Below are positions 11,791 to 22,011 of a stretch of 64,000 nucleotides of DNA, in pieces. The notes beneath the pieces were generated by a model, which saw only the letters and a list, made by a program, of their open reading frames with translations, was not told where the DNA came from and searched no databases. Both the position numbers and the translations under genes were made by a program. Positions within the stretch are counted from its first letter, which is position 1. Each line of letters begins with the position of its first letter. Source of the stretch: Babesia bigemina (taxonomy: Eukaryota); assembly GCF_000981445.1 (NCBI RefSeq), contig NC_027219.1:558001-622000 (forward strand). Reading direction: 5' to 3'.

Positions 11791-13750
11791 TCAATCGAAT
11801 CCACTCAAAACGAAATCATCTGACGACACCGAAGGTTCCACTAGCAGTTGCAATTCCAGCTGCTTGCCGCTAACCGACGATGTGAGAGTCAGAATGGATT
11901 GGTGCTGCAGCCCATGTTGCAGCATGGTCCATTCCCTGATCCGCTTGGCGTACGTCTCGTCTTCCTCCATAAAGTCGGGGTCAAGTATGTTCCGCCCATC
12001 GACATCTATACTGACGGCCTCCATTCCCATGCGTTCGTTGCATATGCGCGATGCGAACTTTGCCAGGGTCCAGTGTTCCAGGGAATGCAGCTCTACCCGT
12101 GCAAGCTGTTGTTGGCACACGGTGCAGCTGGCGTTTGGCATGTCAAGCACATCAGGGCTGCATAGCGCCCCCTTCTTCAGGGGTGTGGAGCCGGTCACGC
12201 ACGACTTTACCCAGACGAATCTGCAACGGCTCGCCTCCAAGGTTTCCCTGGAAATCGTTCCGCCTCCCGCCCGTCGCGCATGCAGGAGATGTACGAGTTG
12301 CATCACCTGGGCTGCGGCGACAATGGCGTTGGTCGCAGCAATAGCGGGTATGATCGCCCCTGCTATGGACTGAACGTCCCAAGCGCTGACCTGCGGTATG
12401 TGGAAGTTTATCATGCGCAGATTCGCCGCGGCCGCCACGAACTGTATGCACAGCGGGTCGTCCTTGTCGAACACGGCGCGGCCCAAATCATCCGGCCGAT
12501 CAAGTAACAGTTGCATCACAGAGCTTATGAACTGTTCAGCCAACTCGTTGGTGTCGCACGTGCGAAACTTGTCAGCAATCTTCATCTCTTGTTGATTTTG
12601 TTTCGCCACGTTCGGGGAAATCGGTTCACTGAGCGCGTCGCTTTGAGATTCCACTGTATGCGCATAGATTTTTCTTGATTTGGCTTGGGGTGAGTCGTCG
12701 TCTGAACTGTGCGTACTATTTTCCACGCGACCCCTTTTAGAGACATCAGCGGCTTCATCTTCATCTTCCAAATTCTCAGGCAGCTTTTCCTCCACGGAAT
12801 TCCCGGCGGCATCCGCATCTCCAGATGTAAACGGATAGTTTATACACTGCGGAGCCTGCCTTCCCGTCCACCTATCCTTTAGGTCGATGAGTTCCGCGAT
12901 TTGCGTGTCAAAAAGAAAGGTGAAGACATCACGAACCCAACTGCGCGCTTGCTCTACCTTCACTCCCTCACCAACCGGCATGGGAGGTATTGCCAGGTCG
13001 CTCAGAATATTCCCATTATCCTTCGCACCGAAGATCAACTCGTAGAGTTGGCGGGCCCAGGCGATGCAGTGTTCCGGCTTCTCCGGGATTTGACGAATAG
13101 TGCAAACCGGATATGACTTGCTGCGCGGCTTTGCGTGACAGTCGTAGCAAGGTGTAACTCCGCGTAGTATTGGGTAGACCTGCCCATTGAACCCGCTGCT
13201 CCCCGACTCAATCAGCGGGACTCCTGCACATCATGTTTTATGCGAAACCAGTGGCCGAACCAACCTGCATGCATACAACAATAGTTGATGTGGGAGCGCG
13301 CTCTCACGTTGTCGAGTGCATTAAGCACCGCGTCGTAGCATGCCACATCCTGTGGGCGCCATGTTAGCACGTCGACGACCATGGCCGATATGTCACATCC
13401 CGGCGCCGCCTCTCGAGCGCGCTCGCAGGCAACCTCTGCTTTGTATCTCTTCACATGCTGCCGCTTGTAGAGGAACTGCCGGTTCAAATTAGATATGTCT
13501 ATGGTGTCGAGGTCCACTATGACCAGTTTTCGCAGCCCGCAGAGAATGAGATTCTTGATAACCTCGCACCCGACACCACCTGCCCCGACCACCAACACCG
13601 ATACGTCTTGCAACACCTTGATGTACTCATCTGGATCGCCCCTACTAGTATATTTGGCTGCCCGGCTCCGACTTACAGGGAATCGAGGCCAGCATGGTTG
13701 GGTACTGACTCCTTCCTGCCGTCCGCAATCTCCTCCGCTTGCACCGACAT
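11791..13750 (-). CDS. UBA2: SUMO-activating enzyme subunit 2 (E1), multi-exon
   Basis: VLVVGAGGVGCE, DLDTIDISNLNRQFL, TPCYDC..K.YPVCTIR (catalytic Cys region), FDKDD, AANLR, AGAIIPAIAATNAIVA, and a C-terminal CxxC. ATG at 13750 joins via a short intron. Confidence 0.9.
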
Positions 13751-14415
13751 TTGGAATCTACTCAACTACTATGTTGCATGCAATTCTGATTGCCACAACG
13801 GTGCGGTAACGCTGCCTAGCAGCTGTGTCTCTGATGTTTCGCAGTCAGCGGGAAGGCATAGTTATGACCAATGTGTAAGATGCATTTCCGTTACACTCAT
13901 TATAGACGCAAATGTGTCGGCGAAAATGGCGGGAAATTGCGTATCGAGATTGCTTTCCTTGGATACGGACAGACGCGCGCCAGCGAAGTGATATCGACTC
14001 AACTTTATATACTCTCACAGGCTAGGCCCGCAGATTCCGTTGCCCCCTGCAGCCACACATTTTAAAAACACACTGGTAGACAGCGCTGCGGGCAACATGA
14101 ATGGCGTTGCTGTTATGGTGCCCTATTCGCAATGCCTTCCACGGCTCTCCGCTCCGTCGGTAAGATATATCTAAGACTTTAACAACTGGCGGACTGATTA
14201 AATTGGTGAATATACGTATGCCCTTTCCGTCTGTGCGACGGAATTTACTCAGAAGGGAGGATACTGCGCACATCGGGAGAACACGTCTCATTTAAGCGAC
14301 CGTTAGGACAGGAGGCATCTGCAGGGTTGCAAACCGCCCTGATTAATGCTCTGCAAAATGCGTGGCTGTTTGGCTGGCGGTAAAATCCGCGCAGGACGCT
14401 CTCGTGAACGTCGAC

Positions 14416-17400
14416 ATGGCGAATTATGGAGTTAAGGCGAAATCTACGCAGTGCAGGGGCCGCACTCGCGGCTCCGGGCCTTTGGGTACCGACATACCTC
14501 ATGAAAATGATCACCTACAAGTAACCGAGGACGTATCCGCTACACATGACGCGGGACGCCTTCGGTCATCATCGCAAGCGTTTCTCGCGACAACGTCGGA
14601 CGCAGCTTCAGCGGAATCTGGGAGAAGTTGCGATTCGCTGGAAAAGGGCCGTGCAACTGCAGAAGATCTGTCAGGCGCCAATTTGGAGGCGCCAACTGTT
14701 GATTCGGAGTTTGACGTAAAGCTTCTGCAATCCACACCAGAGGAGTGCTCTACGGATGGCACCACGAACTGCGAGATCTACGGCCCGAGCTATCCTACGT
14801 GTGACACGGTTAAGTTACGTTTAACTTCGTGTGGAAGGGGCGACGATGTATCACCTGACGGCGATATTGCGGACGTCGAGGCTGAGCCTGACGCGCGGGA
14901 TTCCGCCACTGTAGCGGATTCCTTCAGCGTTTCATCTGATACAATCGAAAATGTTGATATTGATTGCAGCGAATTTGGCGATATGGGTAGTGCTGAATCG
15001 TACATGAATGATTCCGCCGCCGCAAGCTCTTACACCAGCGACGCTGATGACCCGGCGAATAAAGACGCATCAGACGACGATAACGCGGATGTTGACATTG
15101 AGTGCAGCGATATCGAGGAGGATTATGGAGCGGCTTTCGGCGTCCGTACTGGTGGAGTACGTCGAGGCATTAACTGCGCGGATAGCTCGGATTCCCTGGA
15201 TTGCAGTTTAGGTTACAGTGATGATTTCAGCGACTATTGTGAGACATCAACTCCAGCGTCTGTTACCAGGGTAGGCAAAGGCGGCGGATCTCAGGTCAGC
15301 GATGTCAGCAAAGGCGACGGATCTCAGGTCAGCGATGTCAGCAAAGGCGGCGGATCCCAGGTCAGCGATGTCAGCAAAGGCGGCGGATCCCAGGTTAGCG
15401 ATGTCAGCAAAGGCGGCGGATCCCAGGTTAGCGAGGCCAGCAAAGCTAGTGACGTTGGGGCTTCCAAGGTAAGGAAAGGTGATGGTTCCCCCCTTAGCGC
15501 GGTCAATAGTGGTGCATCCAAACCTGCTGTTCGTGCGAAGGTGGAGCGTCGTGCTGTTAGGGGTGCCGTTGACGCAAACGGAAAAATTCGGTCGATAGAT
15601 TCAAACGAATCTGTGAAAGCTGCTTACAACACCGTAGAACTCCTGTCAGATGCAGCATCCGCTGCGTCCGGCATCGAGTCACCGTCGTCCGCTAAAGTAG
15701 ATCAAGGTGACACATCGACGATCTCTACACCTCCGGCCCGCGCATCACGGGCTGCTGTGACCTCTCGTTCTACGGCGAAAGCATCTTCTGGCAGCAAAGA
15801 GCAGTTTACTCCTCCCAATCCCCTCTCAGCTAACTCTTTCTGGCGTCCCTCACTACCGCCAAACCTTGATGTTAGTACTCCATCCAATCGCAAAGGCGGA
15901 GGAACACCTCGGTCCCAGGGCGCTGGCGTTCGATCTACCAACGATTCCAGGAAGACGCAATCTACATCTAACTTACGTCAGATGACCATCGACAGTTTCA
16001 AAATAAAAAAACCTGAACAACAGGCTCCCGTTGTTGAGACACCCGTGGCAGCAGCAGCTTCAGCGCCCATCAGCAATAAGGGAGATGACGTGACGATTGA
16101 CAGCATCAAGCCCACAAGTAATGAACAGCAGGCTCCCGTTGTTGAGACACCCGTGGCAGCAGCAGCTTCAGCGCCCATCAGCAATAAGGGAGATGATATG
16201 ACCGTGGACAACTTCAATGCCGCAACTAGGGAACAACAAACTCACGTTGTTGATACACCCGTGGCAGCAGCGGTTCCAGCGCCCATCAGCAATAAGGGAG
16301 ATGATATGACCGTGGACAGCATCAAGCCCACAAGTAATGAACAGCAGGCTCCCGTTGTTGATACACCCGTGGCAGCAGCAGCTTCAGCGCCCAGCAGCAA
16401 TAAGGGAGATGATATGACCGTGGACAACTTCAATGCCGCAACTAGGGAACAACAAACTCACGTTGTTGATACACCCGTGGCAGCAGCAGCTTCAGCGCCC
16501 AGCAGCAATAAGGGAGATGATATGATCGTGGACAACGTCAATGCCACAAGGACTGAACAGAAAGCTCCAGTTGTTGAGACACCGGTGGCAGTAACAGTTT
16601 CAGCGCCCAGCAGCAATAAGGGAGATGATATGATCGTGGACAACGTCAATGCCACAAGGACTGAACAGAAAGCTCCAGTTGTTGAGACACCGGTGGCAGT
16701 AACAGTTTCAGCGCCAGGCAACAGCAGGGGAGATGATATGACCTCTGACTCGGCGAGTAGCCTCACCTCTCAGCTCGTCAAGGAGGACGTTGAACATTAC
16801 GTTGGAGGGGTAGAAAAGTACTGCATGTGGAATTTGAACCCTACTACAGGTGAACATGAATTCGACCCCGGGCCACTAGCCCTAGACTTTTATTGCAATG
16901 CGTGCCAGTGCGCCCTACCACTTGGCACGTTCCGGATTCGTTGTGTTGAATGCGTCGACTTTGATCTTTGCATTCCGTGCGCGTGCAAAGGGGCGGAAAA
17001 GAACGAGCACAAGAACACCCACAAGTACATACCAATCGCTCCGAACTCGTTTGCCATTTTCGGTGACTGGAATGCGGATGCCGAGCTGCTGCTTCTGGAG
17101 GGTATCAGTAAATTTGGTTTCGGTAATTGGAACCAAGTGGCCGAGATGGTTAATCGCAGATGCACCAAAAACAAGTCGGCTACGGAATGTGAGAACCACT
17201 ACAACGAGTTTTACATTCATTCTCCGTTCAGTCCATTTCCAGATGTGCGTCGCATGCGCTCTCCGGTGAAGAGTCAGGAGGCGTTCCAGCGCCTCAACAG
17301 TTTCTTCAACTTGGTGCAAAAAGCCCACAGTAAAGAGAAGCCGAGGGCGTATAGACCATCCGGCAACGTTGACGAGAACGTTCATCACGTCGATCTGATT

Positions 17401-18474
17401 CCTCGTGCCGTGAACATGAGGGCCACCGTCGGGCCGAGGCTTAAATTCTTCCAGAACATGAACGGCTATAACGTGTACCGCGACGAACTGGAGATGGAAC
17501 ACAACAACGACGCTGAGAGTTTGATCAAAGACTTGGAGTTTGAACCCTGGGACACTCCCCCAGAAATCGACTTCAAGCTTCGGCTGGTCGAGATTTACAA
17601 CTCCATGCTGGACGATCGCATCTGCCACAAGCGCATCCTAATTCACCGGTTCTGGCACGACTACCCTGCCAGGGAGGAAGCGTTCAAATCCATGAACCAG
17701 ATTGAGAAGGCCGCGTACTGGCGGCTGTCGCCGCTGATGCGCCTTCATTCCGAGGAGGACCACATAAAGCTGACTCGTCTCATAGTTGCGCGCATCGAGA
17801 TAGAGAAGCGTCTGCGGTTGGTGAGTACGTGGTTTTCGCTGGGGCTGAGGACGTTTTCCGATGTTCAAAATTTCGACATGCAGAAATTTCCCTCTGCGCA
17901 CGCGGCGTACCGTAACGCGGAGCTTCAGCCCATCGCCCGCAACCTGCTTTCCAGCGGATCCATTAAGGAAACTGCGCTTGACGATTTTTCTGCGCAGCTG
18001 TGCGACCGTATTTGCACCGACCTTTGCATAACGAGGGACCAGGTCAACGACGTGTTGTCCGCGGTGAACAGGCTGAACGGCGGCATGCCCATGGTCAGGG
18101 AGCCGAGCACTTCAGTTGTGCCTACGTGGGACTACTGCTTCGACAACGGCAAGCTGGTGGACAGGAACGTGCAGCGGATTGCTGCACCTCACATCGCACT
18201 CGACGAGCTCCCCGACCCCAGTTGGCACCCCCGGCTGGTGCTGGAGGGCAACGGCCCCTACGCGTTGCCTCCGGTTGATTTCACCAACATTAGCTTCTCC
18301 CCTCTCTCATCCTCCGCTGTGCAACAATCGCAAGTGCTTCCGGGGATCAAGTCGTGCTTCTACATAGCAAAGCTTCTGCCTCAGCTGAAGGCGCGCGTCC
18401 GCAAGAACGTTTGCAAGCGCAAGCGCTCGCTACTGGCGACTGAGCCTATAAAACGGGGTAATACCCGTAGGTAG
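14416..18474 (+). CDS. ADA2: Transcriptional adaptor ADA2 (ZZ zinc finger + SANT) with a long repetitive N-terminal extension, intronless
   Basis: CNAC...RIRCVECVDFDLCIPC...H...HKY (ZZ), W.ADAELLLLEGISKFGFGNW.QVAE (SANT), GY..YRDELE.EH.NDAE, LVEIYNSMLDDR. First in-frame ATG is 14416. Confidence 0.9.
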   Translation: MANYGVKAKSTQCRGRTRGSGPLGTDIPHENDHLQVTEDVSATHDAGRLRSSSQAFLATTSDAASAESGRSCDSLEKGRATAEDLSGANLEAPTVDSEFDVKLLQSTPEECSTDGTTNCEIYGPSYPTCDTVKLRLTSCGRGDDVSPDGDIADVEAEPDARDSATVADSFSVSSDTIENVDIDCSEFGDMGSAESYMNDSAAASSYTSDADDPANKDASDDDNADVDIECSDIEEDYGAAFGVRTGGVRRGINCADSSDSLDCSLGYSDDFSDYCETSTPASVTRVGKGGGSQVSDVSKGDGSQVSDVSKGGGSQVSDVSKGGGSQVSDVSKGGGSQVSEASKASDVGASKVRKGDGSPLSAVNSGASKPAVRAKVERRAVRGAVDANGKIRSIDSNESVKAAYNTVELLSDAASAASGIESPSSAKVDQGDTSTISTPPARASRAAVTSRSTAKASSGSKEQFTPPNPLSANSFWRPSLPPNLDVSTPSNRKGGGTPRSQGAGVRSTNDSRKTQSTSNLRQMTIDSFKIKKPEQQAPVVETPVAAAASAPISNKGDDVTIDSIKPTSNEQQAPVVETPVAAAASAPISNKGDDMTVDNFNAATREQQTHVVDTPVAAAVPAPISNKGDDMTVDSIKPTSNEQQAPVVDTPVAAAASAPSSNKGDDMTVDNFNAATREQQTHVVDTPVAAAASAPSSNKGDDMIVDNVNATRTEQKAPVVETPVAVTVSAPSSNKGDDMIVDNVNATRTEQKAPVVETPVAVTVSAPGNSRGDDMTSDSASSLTSQLVKEDVEHYVGGVEKYCMWNLNPTTGEHEFDPGPLALDFYCNACQCALPLGTFRIRCVECVDFDLCIPCACKGAEKNEHKNTHKYIPIAPNSFAIFGDWNADAELLLLEGISKFGFGNWNQVAEMVNRRCTKNKSATECENHYNEFYIHSPFSPFPDVRRMRSPVKSQEAFQRLNSFFNLVQKAHSKEKPRAYRPSGNVDENVHHVDLIPRAVNMRATVGPRLKFFQNMNGYNVYRDELEMEHNNDAESLIKDLEFEPWDTPPEIDFKLRLVEIYNSMLDDRICHKRILIHRFWHDYPAREEAFKSMNQIEKAAYWRLSPLMRLHSEEDHIKLTRLIVARIEIEKRLRLVSTWFSLGLRTFSDVQNFDMQKFPSAHAAYRNAELQPIARNLLSSGSIKETALDDFSAQLCDRICTDLCITRDQVNDVLSAVNRLNGGMPMVREPSTSVVPTWDYCFDNGKLVDRNVQRIAAPHIALDELPDPSWHPRLVLEGNGPYALPPVDFTNISFSPLSSSAVQQSQVLPGIKSCFYIAKLLPQLKARVRKNVCKRKRSLLATEPIKRGNTRR
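15277..15441 (+). repeat. Coding tandem repeat, 33 bp x 5 (KGGGSQVSDVS)
   Basis: Unit aaaggcggcggatc(t/c)caggt(c/t)agcgatgtcagc read directly, with degenerate copies following. Confidence 0.92.
15982..16737 (+). repeat. Coding tandem repeat, 108 bp (36 aa) x 7
   Basis: Units start at 15982, 16090, 16198, 16306, 16414, 16522 and 16630. Core sequence VV(E/D)TPVA....SAP.SNKGDD. Confidence 0.92.
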
Positions 18475-18959
18475 TTCGTCTCGTGCCTAAAATGGCCCTT
18501 TCTGCGAACATACCGTTTGTCAATCCTTAAGAGGTTTAGCGTTGGCCAATTCTGGCGTAGCTTCCTGCGTGCCAGTTCCAGCTATCATGTGATGTCAATA
18601 ATGACTAAAACGTATAGGCACTTGTTTTGCAACCTTCGCGTCACCCTTGAGGCGCATTGAATGTGGACATCGCTACTAGCAGCTGGTTGTGCTGCTACCA
18701 ACAGGCGACGTCCAGAGGTGTTCCGTGTAATAGCATGCGGCAGTGATGCTGGCGTGCGCCATGGTGACGCGCTGCCTTAGTTGGAATCTGCTGTAAACAT
18801 GACCCCTGAAGGCGGAACACGCAGCGCCTGATTGACCTACAGACTCATGCCCACAAACAGACATTAAACGTTGCAATAAAGCCCAAGAACGGGCATGTGA
18901 GTTTATTATAGCTGTGGTTCATGTCCAACGACGCGGACGTCCGGGCGCCGGCAACTGCC

Positions 18960-20877
18960 TTACAGTTCGTCGTGCTCTTCGAACAGACGCTCTTGGTGAA
19001 CCTCACGTTGCAGAACCTCCGCTGCGTTGATGTAGCGCTTCTTGCACTCGTTCTCAAGGAAGAGAGCCAGGGACTGAAGCGAGATATCACCGGTGTATCG
19101 GATGGGATCGTCCTTTGCGCCGTGCGGGAAGAGCATGATCGTCGGGTACTCCGTGAACGACATGTGTTCGACCTCATTGTTGAACGCGTCGAACTTGGCA
19201 ATCATCACGGACTTGTCCTTCTTCAGGCGCCTGCCCAGATCGCGGAAGACGCGCTTAGCGTGGTGGCAGTGCCCACACCTGAATAAACTTGTGTGACTCC
19301 GTCCGACCACCTACCATGGCGAGAAGAACACGATCAGCACGTCGACGTCGGATTCTATCACGCGCCTGTGGAAGTCCTCTCCGACAATGGTTTTGACGTG
19401 TCCGACGTCGATGTTCTCAGGCACAGCCAGCTCCGACTTAACGAAATGCCTGATTTTACCGTTACGCAGATCGTTTACGAAGTTCATGAGTTTCTGCAGC
19501 TTCTGATTCGCCATGTTCGCTCACGTACCACTTGCGTTATGACACCATCTTGCATGTCGATGGGCTTGTACTTGACGAACTCTCCCCTCTCGGGGTGCAG
19601 CTCGAACGCACGAACGGCCGTATCCACGTAGTCGCTGTCGATGATCAAGAGCTGGTTGAGGCGTTTTTCGACAGCCTCGTCACCCTTGGAGTGAATGAAC
19701 ACAAATCTGTCGCTGTGCTTGCGCGCGAACTTGTTCAGCCAGTTTACGTCGATAACATACTACATTGCTGTCAGAGCGTCGTCCTCCTTACGTACCTCGA
19801 TGAGCTCCTCCTTGGTGTAGATGTAGACCATCGTCTTGTTCGTGGCCAGGACCGAGTCAAGCATGTATGAATGCGTGCCGTGCACCGGCGGGATAAGCTC
19901 GCGGAAGAAGAACTTGGTGAGGGCTTCCACGTCATGCAGGTCCTTCCAGTAGATTTTGATCGGGTGCTGTGTGAGGTTGTTGCGCGTCACCATGACTCCC
20001 ACGGGCTTCATAGTGTCCTCACTCTGCGCCAGATTTGCATGCGTTGGACGTTTGTGCTTACCAGGGTGTGCAACCTGTAGATGTACTGGATGATGTCGTC
20101 GCGGTCTGCAACCATGAACGGTGACTTCAATCCAGTGCTCAACAGAGTGTCGTACACCTTCTTCTCCAGTTCAGGATCGTGGTGCCCCTCGCCCATGAAA
20201 AGCAGGGTGTTCACATGGCCGCTTTCGATGGCCCTGAGGTAGTAGCGTGAAGACTCCACTGAAGGCAGCCTCATTTCGCAAATCCTTTGCTGGGTGATCC
20301 ACGCCATAATATCCGTGACCCTCTTCGGCTCAGTCGGCATTGTGATGAGCTGGCCGTCCTTCATGTAGCTGAGGGACGTTTTCATGGCCTCGACAGGGGA
20401 GCTGAGGGTGAGGTTGACTTGGTACATGCCAAATTTGCACTGATCGTCATGAGCTTCAGGGCACAACGTCTTACCATGCTGTTGCCCTCAAGGATCTTGC
20501 TCACCACGGCGATTTCCACGGTGCTACCAGGTCCGAACACCGCCGCGGAAGGGTACGAGAAGACGATGGCAGTCTTGTCAGTGCTCCGGAGGAACTGCTC
20601 GTAGGTCTCCTCCGTGAGTTGCTCAGCCAACTACAAGATCATTAGGGAGCCAAACATCACAACAGGCAATGTAAAGCGACTCTAACGCCGCCATGAGTTA
20701 TCAATACCGACATCCCAGACCATTTTTGGTATGTGAAGTCTGCTGCCTTTGCCACGCATCGCCAAAACTTACCGGAGGATCTGGGACGTAAAGATCGGCG
20801 ACAACTGGCTGCACGAAGTTGACTGATGCAACTATGCAGCCAGCGACGGCCAACAATGCGGATACAGGCCTATTCAT
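18960..20877 (-). CDS. ER protein disulfide isomerase-like thioredoxin-fold protein, multi-exon
   Basis: Signal peptide MNRPVSALLAVAGCIVAS. FFSPW|CGHC is assembled across intron 19279-19314. IAKFDAFNNEV..YPTI.LFP; C-terminal HDEL. Confidence 0.85.
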
Positions 20878-22011
20878 TGTGATAGCCCAGGTGTGTATCG
20901 CGATATGCTTCCGGCAGGAACAAGCCGAGTATCCCCTCGCCCGCTGCTGTGGATACGCGCGGCACGACAGAGGTTCATAAACCGATATTAGCAATGTCTG
21001 CAGCAGCCTTGGCACTCCCCGCCAGGTCGCGCAGCGGTGCTGGCGGCCCGATGGCGATGTGCAGTATTCCCAACAGGGCAGTTCTTTCAGTCAATTGGCG
21101 ATGTGTATTCGAATTTTGCTATGACTACGTAGCTGTATCGAGACAGATTAGTCTTGAAACCTGTTTTTCGCTGCTTGCGCACCTACAGACTAAGGGCGGC
21201 CTCGCAGTCGTGACACTCGCCTTTTTTGCGTGTAGTCGGCTAACGGCTGCGCAGACTTTACGCGCGCGTCGTTAATTCAGACACACACCCCGTGTTGCAA
21301 ATGGTGTATCATAATCGCTACCTGGAGTTGACGGTTGTCTTTTATTCTCTTCCGTGCCATGTCTACATGGTGTCTGTTATCTCATAATCTTTTTGAGCTA
21401 CATACTCTTTGTTTGGCTGTATTACGGCTAACTTATCACTGCTTTATAATAATACGCCAAATATATCCCCGGCTAAGGCATCTGGCATATGTATCGTACG
21501 TGCTACTCCCCGCGGTGTCTAGCTCGTTCGCTAAAACGGTACAGCATGTCGCAATGGAGCCTTGGAGTATGTGGCTACACCCTTGCGCTGGAGTACGTGA
21601 TCATAATTCCTCCTACCGAGAAGCATTTTAGTCTACCTAGCCAGGCGATCATGTCACGGCGATTTTTCTTGATCGTCCGCATGGAAGCATTGTATACGCG
21701 ACGCAGTCAACGGCTAATATACTGTGATGTTGACGGTAGGCGTCATCGACCTTAGAAGGTCTCTGGGCTTCTACTTTCTGCTCGCGCCAAGACTGCTAGC
21801 GTACGTTAACTGAACGTCCGCTTTTGCCATCCGGCGGTGACATCGGTTATTACTAACAGACTCAAAGAGTTGAATATATTGGAAGTAGTCGATTTCTTTG
21901 CCGTGATGTAGTGTCGTGATGTGTCCACACCACGTAGAGAGGGTGCCCTAAACGGCAGCTCGCGCTGTCGAGAAGCCTCCTTCAGGCTGCGTTTTTACTC
22001 ACTGATCCACC

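Noticed and set aside
15982..16737. Regular repeats considered as a CRISPR-like array
   Set aside because: These are in-frame coding repeats with no unique spacers, in a eukaryotic gene with no cas genes nearby.
20949..21990. ~1.1-kb gap between the PDI-like and CstF77 genes with small ORFs; possible hidden gene or ncRNA
   Set aside because: Could not build a spliced ORF or recognise tRNA, snoRNA or snRNA motifs. Likely divergent promoter/UTR, though an RNA gene cannot be excluded without a covariance-model search.
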